From the NCBI GenBank assembly GCA_016284355.1, contig JAEEOQ010000099.1, positions 181-64,180 on the forward strand: 64,000 nt of DNA, given 5' to 3'. The notes beneath the pieces are model-generated. The model had not been told where the DNA came from. It did no database searches and worked only from the letters and a program-made list of their open reading frames with translations. Source of the DNA: Lachnospiraceae bacterium (GTDB taxonomy: Bacteria; Bacillota; Clostridia; Lachnospirales; Lachnospiraceae). Shown here in pieces: positions 51,707 to 62,300 of this stretch (the first letter of the stretch is position 1; every line of letters starts with the position of its first letter). The position numbers and the translations under genes are program-made.

Positions 51707-52483
51707 TTAGATATTCAGGATAAATTTATCCTGTTGCTTGTAGAATACAAATATTCCAAGTACAAGCGTAACACATGCAAATGTGGTTGAAAATGCAAAC
51801 GCACGCATGTCAAGCGGTCTTCCGAATACCGCATCTCTGAAATTCTCTATAACCCAGTAAAGAGGGTTGATCTCAAGTATCCATCCAAATCCGGTCTTTA
51901 TAACTCTCTTTGGCTCGTAGAATATAGCGCAGCAATACATAATAAGGGTAAGCACTATTCCCCAAAGGTATTCCATATCTCTGAAAAATACCGAAAATGT
52001 GGCAAGCATCAGGCCTACTCCAAGAGTCATAACAAGGAGATTAAGTATCGGCACTACGGCAAGGAATACGTATTTTGTAGGATATACCCCGAGTACCAGA
52101 GCCACTGCCACAAGAACTATAAGTGAGATCATGAAAAATATAAAGTTCGAGCAGATGGTGGAAATAGGGTAAATGTATTTTGGTACATATACCTTTTTTA
52201 TCATACCTGCATTTGACCTTATGGATTTTGTGGCTGCCTTTGTGGAGTTACTAAAGAATGTAAACAAAAGGCGGCCGGTAAGGATATATACCGGGAAGGT
52301 CTTGTCAGACTTTCCGTAAAACCCTGAAAACACAAGGGTAAGGACCATCATGGTAAAAAGAGGCTCAAGCAGCGTCCAGAGAATACCAAGATATGACCTT
52401 CTGTATTTAAGTTTTATGTCTTTTTTTATAAGCTCCCTAAGAAGATATCTGTACTTAAGGAAATTCTTAAACAAACGCTTCAT
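51707..52483 (-). CDS. tagG: ABC-2 type transporter permease (TagG-like)
   Basis: Six TM segments and an ABC-2 N-terminal motif (ELIKKDIKLKYRRSYLGILWTLLEP). Confidence 0.85.
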   Translation of the reverse strand: MKRLFKNFLKYRYLLRELIKKDIKLKYRRSYLGILWTLLEPLFTMMVLTLVFSGFYGKSDKTFPVYILTGRLLFTFFSNSTKAATKSIRSNAGMIKKVYVPKYIYPISTICSNFIFFMISLIVLVAVALVLGVYPTKYVFLAVVPILNLLVMTLGVGLMLATFSVFFRDMEYLWGIVLTLIMYCCAIFYEPKRVIKTGFGWILEINPLYWVIENFRDAVFGRPLDMRAFAFSTTFACVTLVLGIFVFYKQQDKFILNI

Positions 52484-54750
52484 CAGTCAACTCCAAAAAC
52501 TCGCTTGCAGACATTCTTTGCTGCGTTGCCGTCTTCCCAGCCGCAGAATTTCTCGTAAAATACATCGTATCTGTCTGCATACTTAGCTGTAACTCCGTCG
52601 ATATCTTTTATTGAATCGATAACTTCCTGAGTTGTAAAAAGAAGTGGTCCCGGAAGTTCCTCTTCGATGTCGATATAAAATCCTCTAAGAACATCTCTGT
52701 ACTTTTCAAGATCGTAAGTATAGAAAAGCATAGGTCTCTTAAGGTTTGCATAATCAAAGAATACTGAGGAGTAATCTGTGATTATTATATCTGATGCAAG
52801 GTAAAGCTCTGTGATATCGTTGTATTTACATACGTTAAATGCAAATCCCTTGTAAGGTGTAAGGTCAAGAGCATCTGCTATAAAGTAATGGGTACGGAGA
52901 AGTACCACGTATTCATCGCCGAGCTGGTCACGCATCATATCAAGATCGAGCTTAAGGGTAAATTTGTATTTTCCTTTGTCGTAAAACTCGTCATCACGCC
53001 AGGTTGGTGCGTAAAGTATAGTCTTCTTGCCCTCAGGGATCCCAAGCTTCTTTCTGATATCAAGACCTATCTGATCGCGGTCAGGTGCATGCATAAGGTC
53101 GTTTCTTGGATAACCGTATTCAAGCATCTCATTGTCATACATAAAGCAGCTTCTGAAAACCTTGCTTGAAAAACCGTTTGCTGCTATAAGATAATCCCAT
53201 GCTCTAGACTGGTTATATACCTCTTTCTTGTAGAGAGGAGAAGCCGAATGAACCTCATCCATATCAAATACAAGCTTTTTAAGAGGTGTTCCGTGCCAGG
53301 TCTCAAGGAAGACCATACCGTCTCTTTTTACAAACCATACAGGCTGTCTCATGTTAAATACGAAGTATTTGCTTACAGCAAGGTAATAGTAATATCTAAA
53401 GCCCCTTCTGCTGATCTTTGTGCCTTCGTATGGGAGCTTGGTTTTATTGTCAAGGATCCAGACAAATTTGTATTTGCCCGGGTAATTCTTAGCGAGGTAC
53501 TCGTAAATATACTTAGGGCTGTCGGAATAATTCTTTCCAAGGAAACTCTCAAAGAGGATAACATTTTCTTTGATTGGTTTCTTAAGGAAAACATGTGTAT
53601 AAAGCACTCTTCTTATGGTCTTTGGATGGCGGAGAAGCTTAAAGAATCTCTTTACCATAAGGTGCGCTGTTATAGCCTTATACGCCTTAACCGCATCGCC
53701 CTGATGAAGAGCCTTAAGAAGTCTTCTCTGGTGAAACTTAAGGTGCTTTTTGTTTTCTTTTGGTATAGTGTCGATAACCTTGCGGATCGCCTCAAACTTG
53801 GTGGTACGCCACTCATCGTTTTCACTTCTTCTGATCTTAAGTGCAAGGTAACCTGTATAGTATCCGATAAGCTTGCGGTCAAGATGAAGTCTTGCCTTTG
53901 AATCTTCAGGAAGCCCTTCCACCGCCTTCTCATAGGAAGACAGCATGTCCATAAATCTGTTTTCATCCTGGATCTGGGCTAATGATGGCGTATTTATAGG
54001 ATCGCTGTGTTTTCTCTTTACATAATATACATCCTGGATACGTCTTACTTTTACTGCATTTTCAAGGGCATGAGCCACAAAAGGAACATCTACGTAGTAG
54101 GTGCCTGCCTCGTCAAACTGAAGCCCCGCATTTTCAATAAAGCTTTTTCTGAAAAGGATATGAAGTACGGATATGTTCTTGAAACCTTTTCTCTTGGTAA
54201 TGAGGTACTTTACGGCACGTGATCTTTCTCTTTCTTCGAAGGCCTCAGGTTCAAGCTCTTCATCGCCTTCGGTGTCGTTGTCGTCATTGACAAGCTCGTT
54301 GCCGCCCTCTTCGCCTTCTTCGTTTTTACTCTCGTCTACAAGTCCTGCCTCAACAGGATCAAATGTGCTCTGAAAACCGCTTCTTGTAAACCAGGTGCTG
54401 ATCTTCTTACCGTAAATGAGGTCGGTGCCTTCTGCATCTGCAAGGGCTACGAGCTTTTCAAACTCGCTGCCGTCGTACATAAAGTCATCTGCATCGATAA
54501 AGTAGATATATTCGCCTGTTGCGTTCTTTATACCTGTGTTACGTGCAGCCGCAACGCCTTTACCTTCACTGTCTACCGTATTTATACGAAGTGCAGGATA
54601 CTCTGCCACAAGCGCGGATACATCTTCTGTGTCGTGGTCTCTTACAAGTACCACTTCAAAATCTTTGTATGTCTGCTCTGAAAGCGAGTCAAGACAATCC
54701 TTTAACATCTTTATTCCGCCTGAAAACGGAACTATAACACTAAGTTTCAA
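52483..54750 (-). CDS. Bifunctional GT2 glycosyltransferase / CDP-glycerol glycerophosphotransferase (TagF/TagB-like)
   Basis: N-terminal GT2 (LSVIVPFSG ... YIYFIDADD), then an acidic linker. The C-terminal TagF-like domain reads ETWHGTPLKK ... ILYAPTWRD ... DYSSVFFDY. The start is TTG with a TAGGAGGA RBS. Confidence 0.85.
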   Translation of the reverse strand: MKLSVIVPFSGGIKMLKDCLDSLSEQTYKDFEVVLVRDHDTEDVSALVAEYPALRINTVDSEGKGVAAARNTGIKNATGEYIYFIDADDFMYDGSEFEKLVALADAEGTDLIYGKKISTWFTRSGFQSTFDPVEAGLVDESKNEEGEEGGNELVNDDNDTEGDEELEPEAFEERERSRAVKYLITKRKGFKNISVLHILFRKSFIENAGLQFDEAGTYYVDVPFVAHALENAVKVRRIQDVYYVKRKHSDPINTPSLAQIQDENRFMDMLSSYEKAVEGLPEDSKARLHLDRKLIGYYTGYLALKIRRSENDEWRTTKFEAIRKVIDTIPKENKKHLKFHQRRLLKALHQGDAVKAYKAITAHLMVKRFFKLLRHPKTIRRVLYTHVFLKKPIKENVILFESFLGKNYSDSPKYIYEYLAKNYPGKYKFVWILDNKTKLPYEGTKISRRGFRYYYYLAVSKYFVFNMRQPVWFVKRDGMVFLETWHGTPLKKLVFDMDEVHSASPLYKKEVYNQSRAWDYLIAANGFSSKVFRSCFMYDNEMLEYGYPRNDLMHAPDRDQIGLDIRKKLGIPEGKKTILYAPTWRDDEFYDKGKYKFTLKLDLDMMRDQLGDEYVVLLRTHYFIADALDLTPYKGFAFNVCKYNDITELYLASDIIITDYSSVFFDYANLKRPMLFYTYDLEKYRDVLRGFYIDIEEELPGPLLFTTQEVIDSIKDIDGVTAKYADRYDVFYEKFCGWEDGNAAKNVCKRVFGVD

Positions 54751-54768
54751 AATTATCCTCCTAAAGCC

Positions 54769-56127
54769 TTACGTTTCGCTGTGAATTTCCCCGTTAGCTT
54801 CTTCACCCGTACCGTTTTCCGGCAGACCTTCTTCGCTGCCTTCACTACCTTCTTGCCCCTCTCCGCCTTCTTCAGGTGGAAGTTCGCCTTCTTCAGGCTC
54901 TTTATCTTTAAGTCCGACTTCTACTATCATAATGTATTTTTCTGACATCTGGTAGTCGGCTTCAAGCTCAAATTTGATCTCTGCGTTGTACTGTCCTTCT
55001 TCCGTATACTGAGAAAGATCGATATACGGGCGAAGACCCGTAAGCTCAAGTTTGTCGATCTTGTCTGAAGGACCGAGTACTTTTACGGCAAAGGTTCCTT
55101 CCTGCGGAAGTCCGTATACATACTCTTCAAGGTTTGCGTTTCGAAGCTGAACATTGTCAAAAGGTACGTCAAATACCTTTGTGGCAAGACGCTCGATACC
55201 TACCATAATGCTGACTGCTTCTGCAGCATTTGGAAGGTAAGCTCCCTCAGGTAAAAACTCTGAAACTTCTATAGTCTCTTCAACGTCTGTGATCTTGTTG
55301 CTTACATCCACAGGGATGCTGATACTCTCAAGAGTACTTAACATACGGGAATCGCCGGCCACAACTATGGTCTTTGGCTCGTACTCAAGGGTCGATACGC
55401 GGTAGCCCGCATAAGGCTCGCCCATAAGCTCAACCTGTACAGGTACTTCCTTTGTACCGTATACGGTGGTCTGGACGCTTACCGTTTCTTTTGAGAATGT
55501 AAGCTTTCCGGTCTTGATCTCTGCACCGTCAGCATCGTATGCCTTTGGCTCAACATCTGCCGTAAAGTCTTCAGATACGAAGTCTACATTAACAGGTACA
55601 ACAACCTGCGCGATACGGTTGATAGCCGACTTGGCGCCTGTAACCTGGATAAGGTTCGGTTTTGTGGTAAAACCGCCGATGTAGTAGCCGTCTGCCGGTG
55701 TTCCTTCCGGAAGCACAGAAAGCTTAAACTGCTTTTCCGCCACATCTTCAAGGCGTATCTCAAGCATACGCACCTTGCCCACAAAGCTTATCTCTACGTT
55801 GTTTGACTTTGTACATACAACATCGATGTCTGCGTGGTATGTAGGAGAAAGCTTTGAGATATCTGCCGTAGCCTTAAAATCCGTAGTCTTGAGGGAATTT
55901 ATAAGGCTGGTGTTTCCTTTGGCAGAAATAGTGACCTGATCGCCTTCTATCACTTCATACACTTTGTTAAGAGAAGTAATGGCATCTTCATTTAAGATAT
56001 TTACATCAAGAACGAAGGTGGCTGTGGAGGCCGGGTCATATGTGTATACGATTATAAGCCAGATAACTACTGCAAATAACAGGGAAAGAAGTTTCAGTCC
56101 GAGATTATTTGTTAGCTTTTTTCTCAT
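54769..56127 (-). CDS. cdaR: YbbR-domain protein, CdaA regulator
   Basis: N-terminal TM segment, repeated YbbR-like beta domains and an acidic tail. It is immediately downstream of cdaA and overlaps it. Confidence 0.8.
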   Translation of the reverse strand: MRKKLTNNLGLKLLSLLFAVVIWLIIVYTYDPASTATFVLDVNILNEDAITSLNKVYEVIEGDQVTISAKGNTSLINSLKTTDFKATADISKLSPTYHADIDVVCTKSNNVEISFVGKVRMLEIRLEDVAEKQFKLSVLPEGTPADGYYIGGFTTKPNLIQVTGAKSAINRIAQVVVPVNVDFVSEDFTADVEPKAYDADGAEIKTGKLTFSKETVSVQTTVYGTKEVPVQVELMGEPYAGYRVSTLEYEPKTIVVAGDSRMLSTLESISIPVDVSNKITDVEETIEVSEFLPEGAYLPNAAEAVSIMVGIERLATKVFDVPFDNVQLRNANLEEYVYGLPQEGTFAVKVLGPSDKIDKLELTGLRPYIDLSQYTEEGQYNAEIKFELEADYQMSEKYIMIVEVGLKDKEPEEGELPPEEGGEGQEGSEGSEEGLPENGTGEEANGEIHSET

Positions 56128-56992
56128 GATTTATCCTTCCCTTCAATGACTTAAATGCGTTCTTTGAAACGGAAGCTCCGGTGCGGTCCTGTGCAAGAGC
56201 AAGTCTTTCGCGAAGGTGCTCTCCGTCGATATTGCGCTTAAGAATACCGTTTTCGGTAACTGATACTTTTCCGGTTTCTTCCGATACGACTATGGTTAGA
56301 CAGTCTGCATTTTCACTGATACCGACTGCCGCACGGTGTCTTGTTCCAAGCTCTTTGCTAAGTTCCATATTGTCTGATAAAGGAAGATAGCAGGTGGCGG
56401 CAGACACTTTGTTGTCGCGGATTATAACTGCTCCGTCGTGAAGCGGAGTATTGTGTTCAAAAATATTAACAAGAAGCTGACTTGTAATGACTGCATCGAT
56501 AGGGATACCGGTACGTTCATACTCTGTAAGCTTGATGTTTTGCTCAATAACTATAAGGGCTCCGGTCTTGCTTCTTGCAAGCTCGTACGTAGCCTTTACT
56601 ATCTCGTCGATAGCCTTGTCTGAAAAGCGCTTGTTTTCATTTCTTTCATCAAGCCCCCAGATGGTAGGAACAATGTTCCTTTTTCCAAGCTCTTCAAGAG
56701 CTTTTCTGAGTTCAGGCTGGAAAAGGATAACTACCGCAATGATTCCGACGCTGATGGCATTTTTGATTATCCAGAGGATAACGTCAAGCTCAAGAAGCGC
56801 CGCCAGCACACAAAATGCCACAAGCACAAGAAGGCCTTTGACAAGCGCCCAGGCCCTGGTGTTTTTGATCCATTTAATTACCTGATAGATAACGAAAGCG
56901 ATAATAAATATCTCAAGGATATCCGATGCCGTAATGGAAGGAAGGGATATCCATGTGAAGTAATCGCTAAAAAACGTCTTTATCTGCTCCAT
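56105..56992 (-). CDS. cdaA: Diadenylate cyclase CdaA
   Basis: Three N-terminal TM segments and a DAC domain with TGALIVIE, HDGAVII and LGTRHRAA motifs. Confidence 0.9.
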   Translation of the reverse strand: MEQIKTFFSDYFTWISLPSITASDILEIFIIAFVIYQVIKWIKNTRAWALVKGLLVLVAFCVLAALLELDVILWIIKNAISVGIIAVVILFQPELRKALEELGKRNIVPTIWGLDERNENKRFSDKAIDEIVKATYELARSKTGALIVIEQNIKLTEYERTGIPIDAVITSQLLVNIFEHNTPLHDGAVIIRDNKVSAATCYLPLSDNMELSKELGTRHRAAVGISENADCLTIVVSEETGKVSVTENGILKRNIDGEHLRERLALAQDRTGASVSKNAFKSLKGRINHEKKANK

Positions 56993-57983
56993 CTATAGGT
57001 TCCTCCAAACCGTCTTCGTAACTGTCGGTTTCTTCTTCATCTTCGCCCGCATCTGCCTTGCTTATGGTCTTAACATTAACCTCAGGGCTTGATACTCGAA
57101 GCTTTGGAACCGCTTTTACGTAGTAATAGAAGTCATCATCTTCAAACTGTACTTTCTTTGTGGCACTGTAATCAAGTACAAACCTGAAGAACTGTACCAC
57201 ATAGGCGATGATACCTGAAGCTACCGAGCCAAGGATCATAGCCCCTGTAGAATCAAAACGTCCGAAGGTTATACCTGTTACGAGGCTAAGAATGATGGTA
57301 AGTAAGGTACTGCCGATAATAGCGATCTCGAAAGCATGCTCAATGCGAAGCTTTCTGATAATATATGTGATAAATAAAACTATTATAAAGACGGCCGCCA
57401 TGGCGATCATCTTTTTGTTGCCGGTAAAACTCTTTATAACGTAAGTATAAAGGGCAAGGATGTCATCTGCCGCAAATGCTGTTCCTGCCGCTATTGTGGC
57501 TGCCTCTTTTATAAGGCTTATAAGAAATGTCACCACAACACCTACTATCACAGCAAAGGATGCCACCGGAGTACCGATAAGACCGAGTATCATAGGTACC
57601 ATGTACGCAAGGTGGAATTTGTGAAGCACCGGTATCGCTACGATAACCCAGGCATAACGAGGTGAAAACCTTGCAAATAAAAAGTAAAGTATAGCAATAA
57701 TGACAAGAAAAAGAGCTGCAAGGATCTTTGATGCCGCAAAAATATGGGCAAGGGAAAGAATCGATGCCAAAAACACCATAAATGCTCCCGGTGTAAATGC
57801 GGAAACTGCCGAAAGAATAAGTGTAATGCTCTTTTTTGCCAGTCTTTCGTCATAGCCTATCTCTTTTGTAAGTGTAGAAAAAACTATAAGCGCTAGAACA
57901 AACTTAAGAACTATTATAAATATCTTGTCGTACTTGCGAAAAATATCCCTTATCTTATCTTTTATTACAAGTAATTGTGTCAT
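56967..57983 (-). CDS. Polytopic membrane protein, unknown function, with an acidic C-terminal tail
   Basis: About 8 hydrophobic segments. It overlaps neighbouring genes at both ends. No family recognised. Confidence 0.65.
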   Translation of the reverse strand: MTQLLVIKDKIRDIFRKYDKIFIIVLKFVLALIVFSTLTKEIGYDERLAKKSITLILSAVSAFTPGAFMVFLASILSLAHIFAASKILAALFLVIIAILYFLFARFSPRYAWVIVAIPVLHKFHLAYMVPMILGLIGTPVASFAVIVGVVVTFLISLIKEAATIAAGTAFAADDILALYTYVIKSFTGNKKMIAMAAVFIIVLFITYIIRKLRIEHAFEIAIIGSTLLTIILSLVTGITFGRFDSTGAMILGSVASGIIAYVVQFFRFVLDYSATKKVQFEDDDFYYYVKAVPKLRVSSPEVNVKTISKADAGEDEEETDSYEDGLEEPIDGADKDVF

Positions 57984-58381
57984 TTTGTCTCCTCTTTCTT
58001 GTAGATACCCGAAAGTCTCTTAAGGCTCTTTTCGTACCTGCCAAGATTTCTTCTTTCTCTGTTATACTTGTAGCTGTAACCTATAACTGCACCCGATACG
58101 TATATTACGATAAGTACAAGATAAATACCAAGTACTTTCATAAGTATTCCCCTGTAATCAAGCACAAGTGCGTTTGCTATCAAATATTCGAGTTTATAAA
58201 GCACCACCATGCCAAGGATGAGGACGTAAGCGATGGTTACGCTTATGATCGTCTTTATAAGCTCCCAGCGGATATAGTCATGTTTAAAATAATGGCCTAT
58301 CCGGATCGCTTCTTTTCCCTCTTCGGACTCCTCAAATATGGTCATCCTGGTCATGAGACGAAGCTTCTCGTTTGTGATCAT
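57980..58381 (-). CDS. Small membrane protein (133 aa), unknown function
   Basis: Two or three TM segments. It has an ATGA overlap with the downstream gene. Confidence 0.6.
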   Translation of the reverse strand: MITNEKLRLMTRMTIFEESEEGKEAIRIGHYFKHDYIRWELIKTIISVTIAYVLILGMVVLYKLEYLIANALVLDYRGILMKVLGIYLVLIVIYVSGAVIGYSYKYNRERRNLGRYEKSLKRLSGIYKKEETK

Positions 58382-58493
58382 GGGCCCACTTCTCCTTATA
58401 ATTAAAAGTATCCATCCTGAGTATTATAACAAAGAGACGTCAAGAAGTAAAGAAAAGACAGAATTGTTAAAAAAGCTGTAACATATAAATATA

Positions 58494-58547
58494 ACATATG
58501 TACCAGGTACCTGTGTAAAAAATTTGCACGGGTACCTGGTACATATG
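58494..58547. repeat. Palindromic-element family, copy 4 (imperfect)
   Basis: Reads ACATATGTACCAGGTACCTGTGTAAAAAATTTGCACGGGTACCTGGTACATATGT. It lies 9 nt downstream of the stop of the minus-strand response regulator gene. Confidence 0.8.
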
Positions 58548-58555
58548 TAAAAAAA

Positions 58556-59332
58556 TTATTTAAGCATTTCTTTTATCCTTTTTTTCTCAAAGAATTCGTC
58601 TACATAAGCGATTATCTCTGCAGGCTTCATGGTTTTTAAAAGGTAGCCCTCGGGCTTTAGCGATACAACCTTTGCCACGCTTTCCTTATCGTTCTTGCTT
58701 GTAAGGAACACAACGGGCACGTCTGCAAATTCACTTTCCGAGCGTATCATTTCAAGAACCTGCTTGCCGTCTATTACAGGCATCTCATAATCAAGGAGCA
58801 CCAGATCCGGCCTGTTTATGGCAAGGTATTTTATGGCCATTGTGCCGGAATTTGCAAGGATAACCTGATATTTCCCTTCAAGCCAGCCCTTTACGTTTCT
58901 AAGCATTGCACCCGAATCGTCTACCACAAGGATCTTCTTTTTCCCGCTCTTGCCGTTATCTTCAAGGTATTCTGTGATCTCAGATACCATGTCCGTAACG
59001 TTTATCGGCCTGTTGTATTTTTTGATGATGCTCTGATCCGATATGATCTTGCCTATGCTTGATAGTTCGTCGGAATCTCCCACTACAAAAAGCGGCGCAT
59101 CTTTTTCAAGAATCTTATCTCTTATAAATACAAGGGCCTGCTGGTCTGAAACAAGCTTTTCATCAGAGTATATGATCGCTGCTTCAAGCTCGTCTTTTAC
59201 CGCATCGATCTCTTTTATCTTCCCTGAGGTGACGATCGCCTTACAGCCCTTTTCCTCGAACTTGCTTTTTATCGACGCCGTTATGTACCCTGCCTGGTCC
59301 GCTATTATCAGTATATTCTTTACTTCGTTCAA
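58556..59332 (-). CDS. Response regulator: degenerate N-terminal receiver-like domain plus a canonical REC domain, no output domain
   Basis: The second half reads KKILVVDDSGAML ... DLVLLDYEMPVIDG ... GYLLKT. The start is TTG at 59332 with an AAGGAGG RBS. Confidence 0.8.
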   Translation of the reverse strand: MNEVKNILIIADQAGYITASIKSKFEEKGCKAIVTSGKIKEIDAVKDELEAAIIYSDEKLVSDQQALVFIRDKILEKDAPLFVVGDSDELSSIGKIISDQSIIKKYNRPINVTDMVSEITEYLEDNGKSGKKKILVVDDSGAMLRNVKGWLEGKYQVILANSGTMAIKYLAINRPDLVLLDYEMPVIDGKQVLEMIRSESEFADVPVVFLTSKNDKESVAKVVSLKPEGYLLKTMKPAEIIAYVDEFFEKKRIKEMLK

Positions 59333-62300
59333 CGTTCTTTTCCTCCTTAAGTATTGATATCATATTGTCACAAAGACTTATAACATCTTCCATAGCAACG
59401 TCGGCTACAAGTGCCGAAAGTTTCTCCGCATGCTCACTTATGGCTTCCGGCATACGGATCTCTTCAAGTCTTTTAAGCGCTGCATCCGCGCTGTCAAGAT
59501 CAAAGCTTTCCATAGCTTCTTTAATGGCCAAAAGCACTTCTTCTATCTCTTCATCACCGGCATTTTCCTTGTTTTTGTTCTCACTTTCAGCATATGGCTT
59601 TAATACCTGCTTGTAGCTGTTATAAAGCTTTAGAGTTTTCCCTGTGTCCCTTTCTATGGTTTCCATATCTTCTGCGTTTCCAGCATCTTCAAGAGAATGG
59701 AACATATCAGAAAGCTCTAAGGCTCCTATCATCCTTGCCGTATTTTTAAGGGCATGAACCTCTATGGTGTAATCTCTGATATCACCGTCAGCAAGGCATT
59801 TTTCAATCTTCGTGGTCTTTATGTCTATAAGTTTGTAAAAATCGGCAAGAAGTGAAGTAAAGAGCTTTAAACCGCCGGAGTTTTCTACTCCTGCCTTTAC
59901 ATCAAGCCCCTCAATAACAGGAAGATCCTTTTCCAAAACCTCTTCTTCCCTTATTTCTTCCGCTGCTTCAATAAGCCCCTCGGGAAGAAGCTTTTTTATG
60001 GTCTTGCAAAGTTCTTTTGTATTGATAGGTTTTGCAAGGAAACCGTTCATGCCTGCTTCATTAAAGCTTTCCCTTGCGGATGAGACCGCATTTGCGGTAA
60101 GTGCAACTATCGGAAGCTTCTTGTATTTTTCTTCCTCAAGCCCTCTTATCGCCTTTGTTGCCTCGATTCCGTCCATAACAGGCATCATGTGGTCCATAAA
60201 GACTATATCGTAGTCATTTTTCATGATCTTTTCCACTGCCTGCTTGCCGTCATTTGCGGTATCTATCTGCATCTGAAGAGGAGCCATAAGGCCAAGGGCA
60301 ACTTTCCTGTTCATTTCATTATCATCTACCACCAGCACTTTTGCCTTTGGTGCTTTAAAGTTTAATATAAACTCCTGCTTGCTCTCAAAGGAAAGGACCT
60401 CGTGGTTTATGGCCTGGGCAAAGTTAAGGGAATAGAGCGGCTTATTTAGCAGGGTATACTCAGAAGAAGCAACGGTCTCAACCATAGGATCGTAAAGTAT
60501 TATGACTTCACAGTCAGTCTTGTTCAGATTACCCACAAGTACGCCAAGTTCTTCTGCTTCTTTTCCCTCGCCGTTAAGCAGTTTGTTTTCCACAAACAAA
60601 AACTGCGGTATCTTTCTTCCTTCAAGTATGTCATTTCTGCTTACATATTCAAGGTCAAAATCTTTGCACAATTTCTTAAGCACATGTGTGTTTTCTTTAG
60701 AGCTCATAAGTCCGCCTGCGCTTACCTTTTTATTTCCGTGTATCTCGGCGGCAGGTTCCTTATTTACGACTCCCTGTACAAAATTAAAGGTAAAAGTACT
60801 GCCTTTTCCGTATTCGCTTTCTACGCTGATGGTGCCGCCCATAGCTTCAACAAGCTGTTTTGCTATGGAAAGACCAAGTCCGGTACCCTCCTTGTTTTTG
60901 TTTTTCTTAAGGTCAACCTGTGAAAATGCGTCAAAGAGTTTGTCTATGTCTTCTTCCCTGATGCCGGTTCCGGTGTCAGATACGCGGCATATTATGTTAA
61001 GTTTTCCGTCCGGTCTCATCTCACACCTTACCGAAAGCATAACTATGCCCTCATCGGTGTATTTGATGGCGTTATTTACTATATTTACAAGAACCTGTCT
61101 TATTCTGCCTGCGTCGCCGTACAGTTTTCGCGGCAAAGCCGGGTCGATGTCAAATAAAAGCTCAAGCGGTTTTTCGCCGATCCTGTTTAAAAAGATCATG
61201 CTAAGATCGTTAAACATGGACATAGGCTCGTACTCATCGTCCACTATCTCAAACTTTCCCGATTCGATCTTAGAAAAATCAAGGATGTCGTTTATAAGTG
61301 AAAGCAGTGCATTCCCCGAGTTTTTAATGTTGTTTAGATACTCTGTGTTATACTCGTCCTGCTTTCTTCTAAGAAGTATCTCTGTCATGCCCACTATGGC
61401 GTTCATAGGCGTTCTGATCTCATGGGAAATACTCGACATAAAGTTTGTCTTGGCCTCATTTGCGTCGATGGCTTTCTGCTTTTCTTCCCGGAGCCTTTCG
61501 CGAAGCTTTACTTCATCTGTCATATCCATAAGAAGCAGTGAGTGCCCCACCATTTTTTCATTTATATCAATAGGAGAACTTCTGCACACAAACTTTTTAT
61601 CGTTCCATTCGTATTCGCCGGCGCCCTCTTCTATGATCCTTTTTATCTCGCCGCCAATAGCTTTGCCGGGAATCGCATCTCTAAGCTCTGCAAACGCTTC
61701 CTTGGCGTAGTTGTTGCATTCTATCAGCCTGTATTTGTTGTCTACGATAACAAATATATCCTCATACTGCTTTAAGATCCAGAGTTTGCCAAGAGCGGAA
61801 ACATCAAGGATATTGCCCTTAACAACGCCAAGTATCAGCACAAGTACGGTAACAGAACTAAAAAGCGGCACAAGGTCGTAGGTAAGATTGGCAAAAAGAG
61901 TGGTAAGTGTGGATCCAAGGACAAGGATAAGCGTAACAAAAACATAGGCCATTCGTTTTCTTTCCTGTCTGTCTTTTATCCTTATAAATCCGATAATATC
62001 ACCAAGTAGAAACAGGAACAAAACCCCCGACAGCACCATATATCTGATGTTGTAGAGTGCGCCGCCTTTAACGTGCATATATACATATCCGTTTGCTCTG
62101 CTTGAAACAAATTCTCTGCTTTCCGGCGGCTCTTGCGTAGCATTACCGTCAGTGCCGGCCTGCTCCTCTGTAATACTTTGATCCTGCGTCTCATCTTCAG
62201 ACTGTTCTTCGCTGATAACAGTGTTGCCACTGCCGTTTCTTAATCTGTATTCAATATCTCTGTATCCGTTTTCGTTGTTTGACCAGACTGCCCCCACTGT

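Noticed and set aside
53248-53901. A 217-aa plus-strand ORF inside the TagF-like gene
   Set aside because: It is antisense to a gene with clear GT2 and CDP-glycerol glycerophosphotransferase motifs.
60502-61710. A 402-aa plus-strand Ser/Leu/Phe-rich ORF
   Set aside because: It is antisense to the well-supported hybrid histidine kinase (clear HisKA, HATPase and REC motifs on the minus strand). Its sequence is low complexity.
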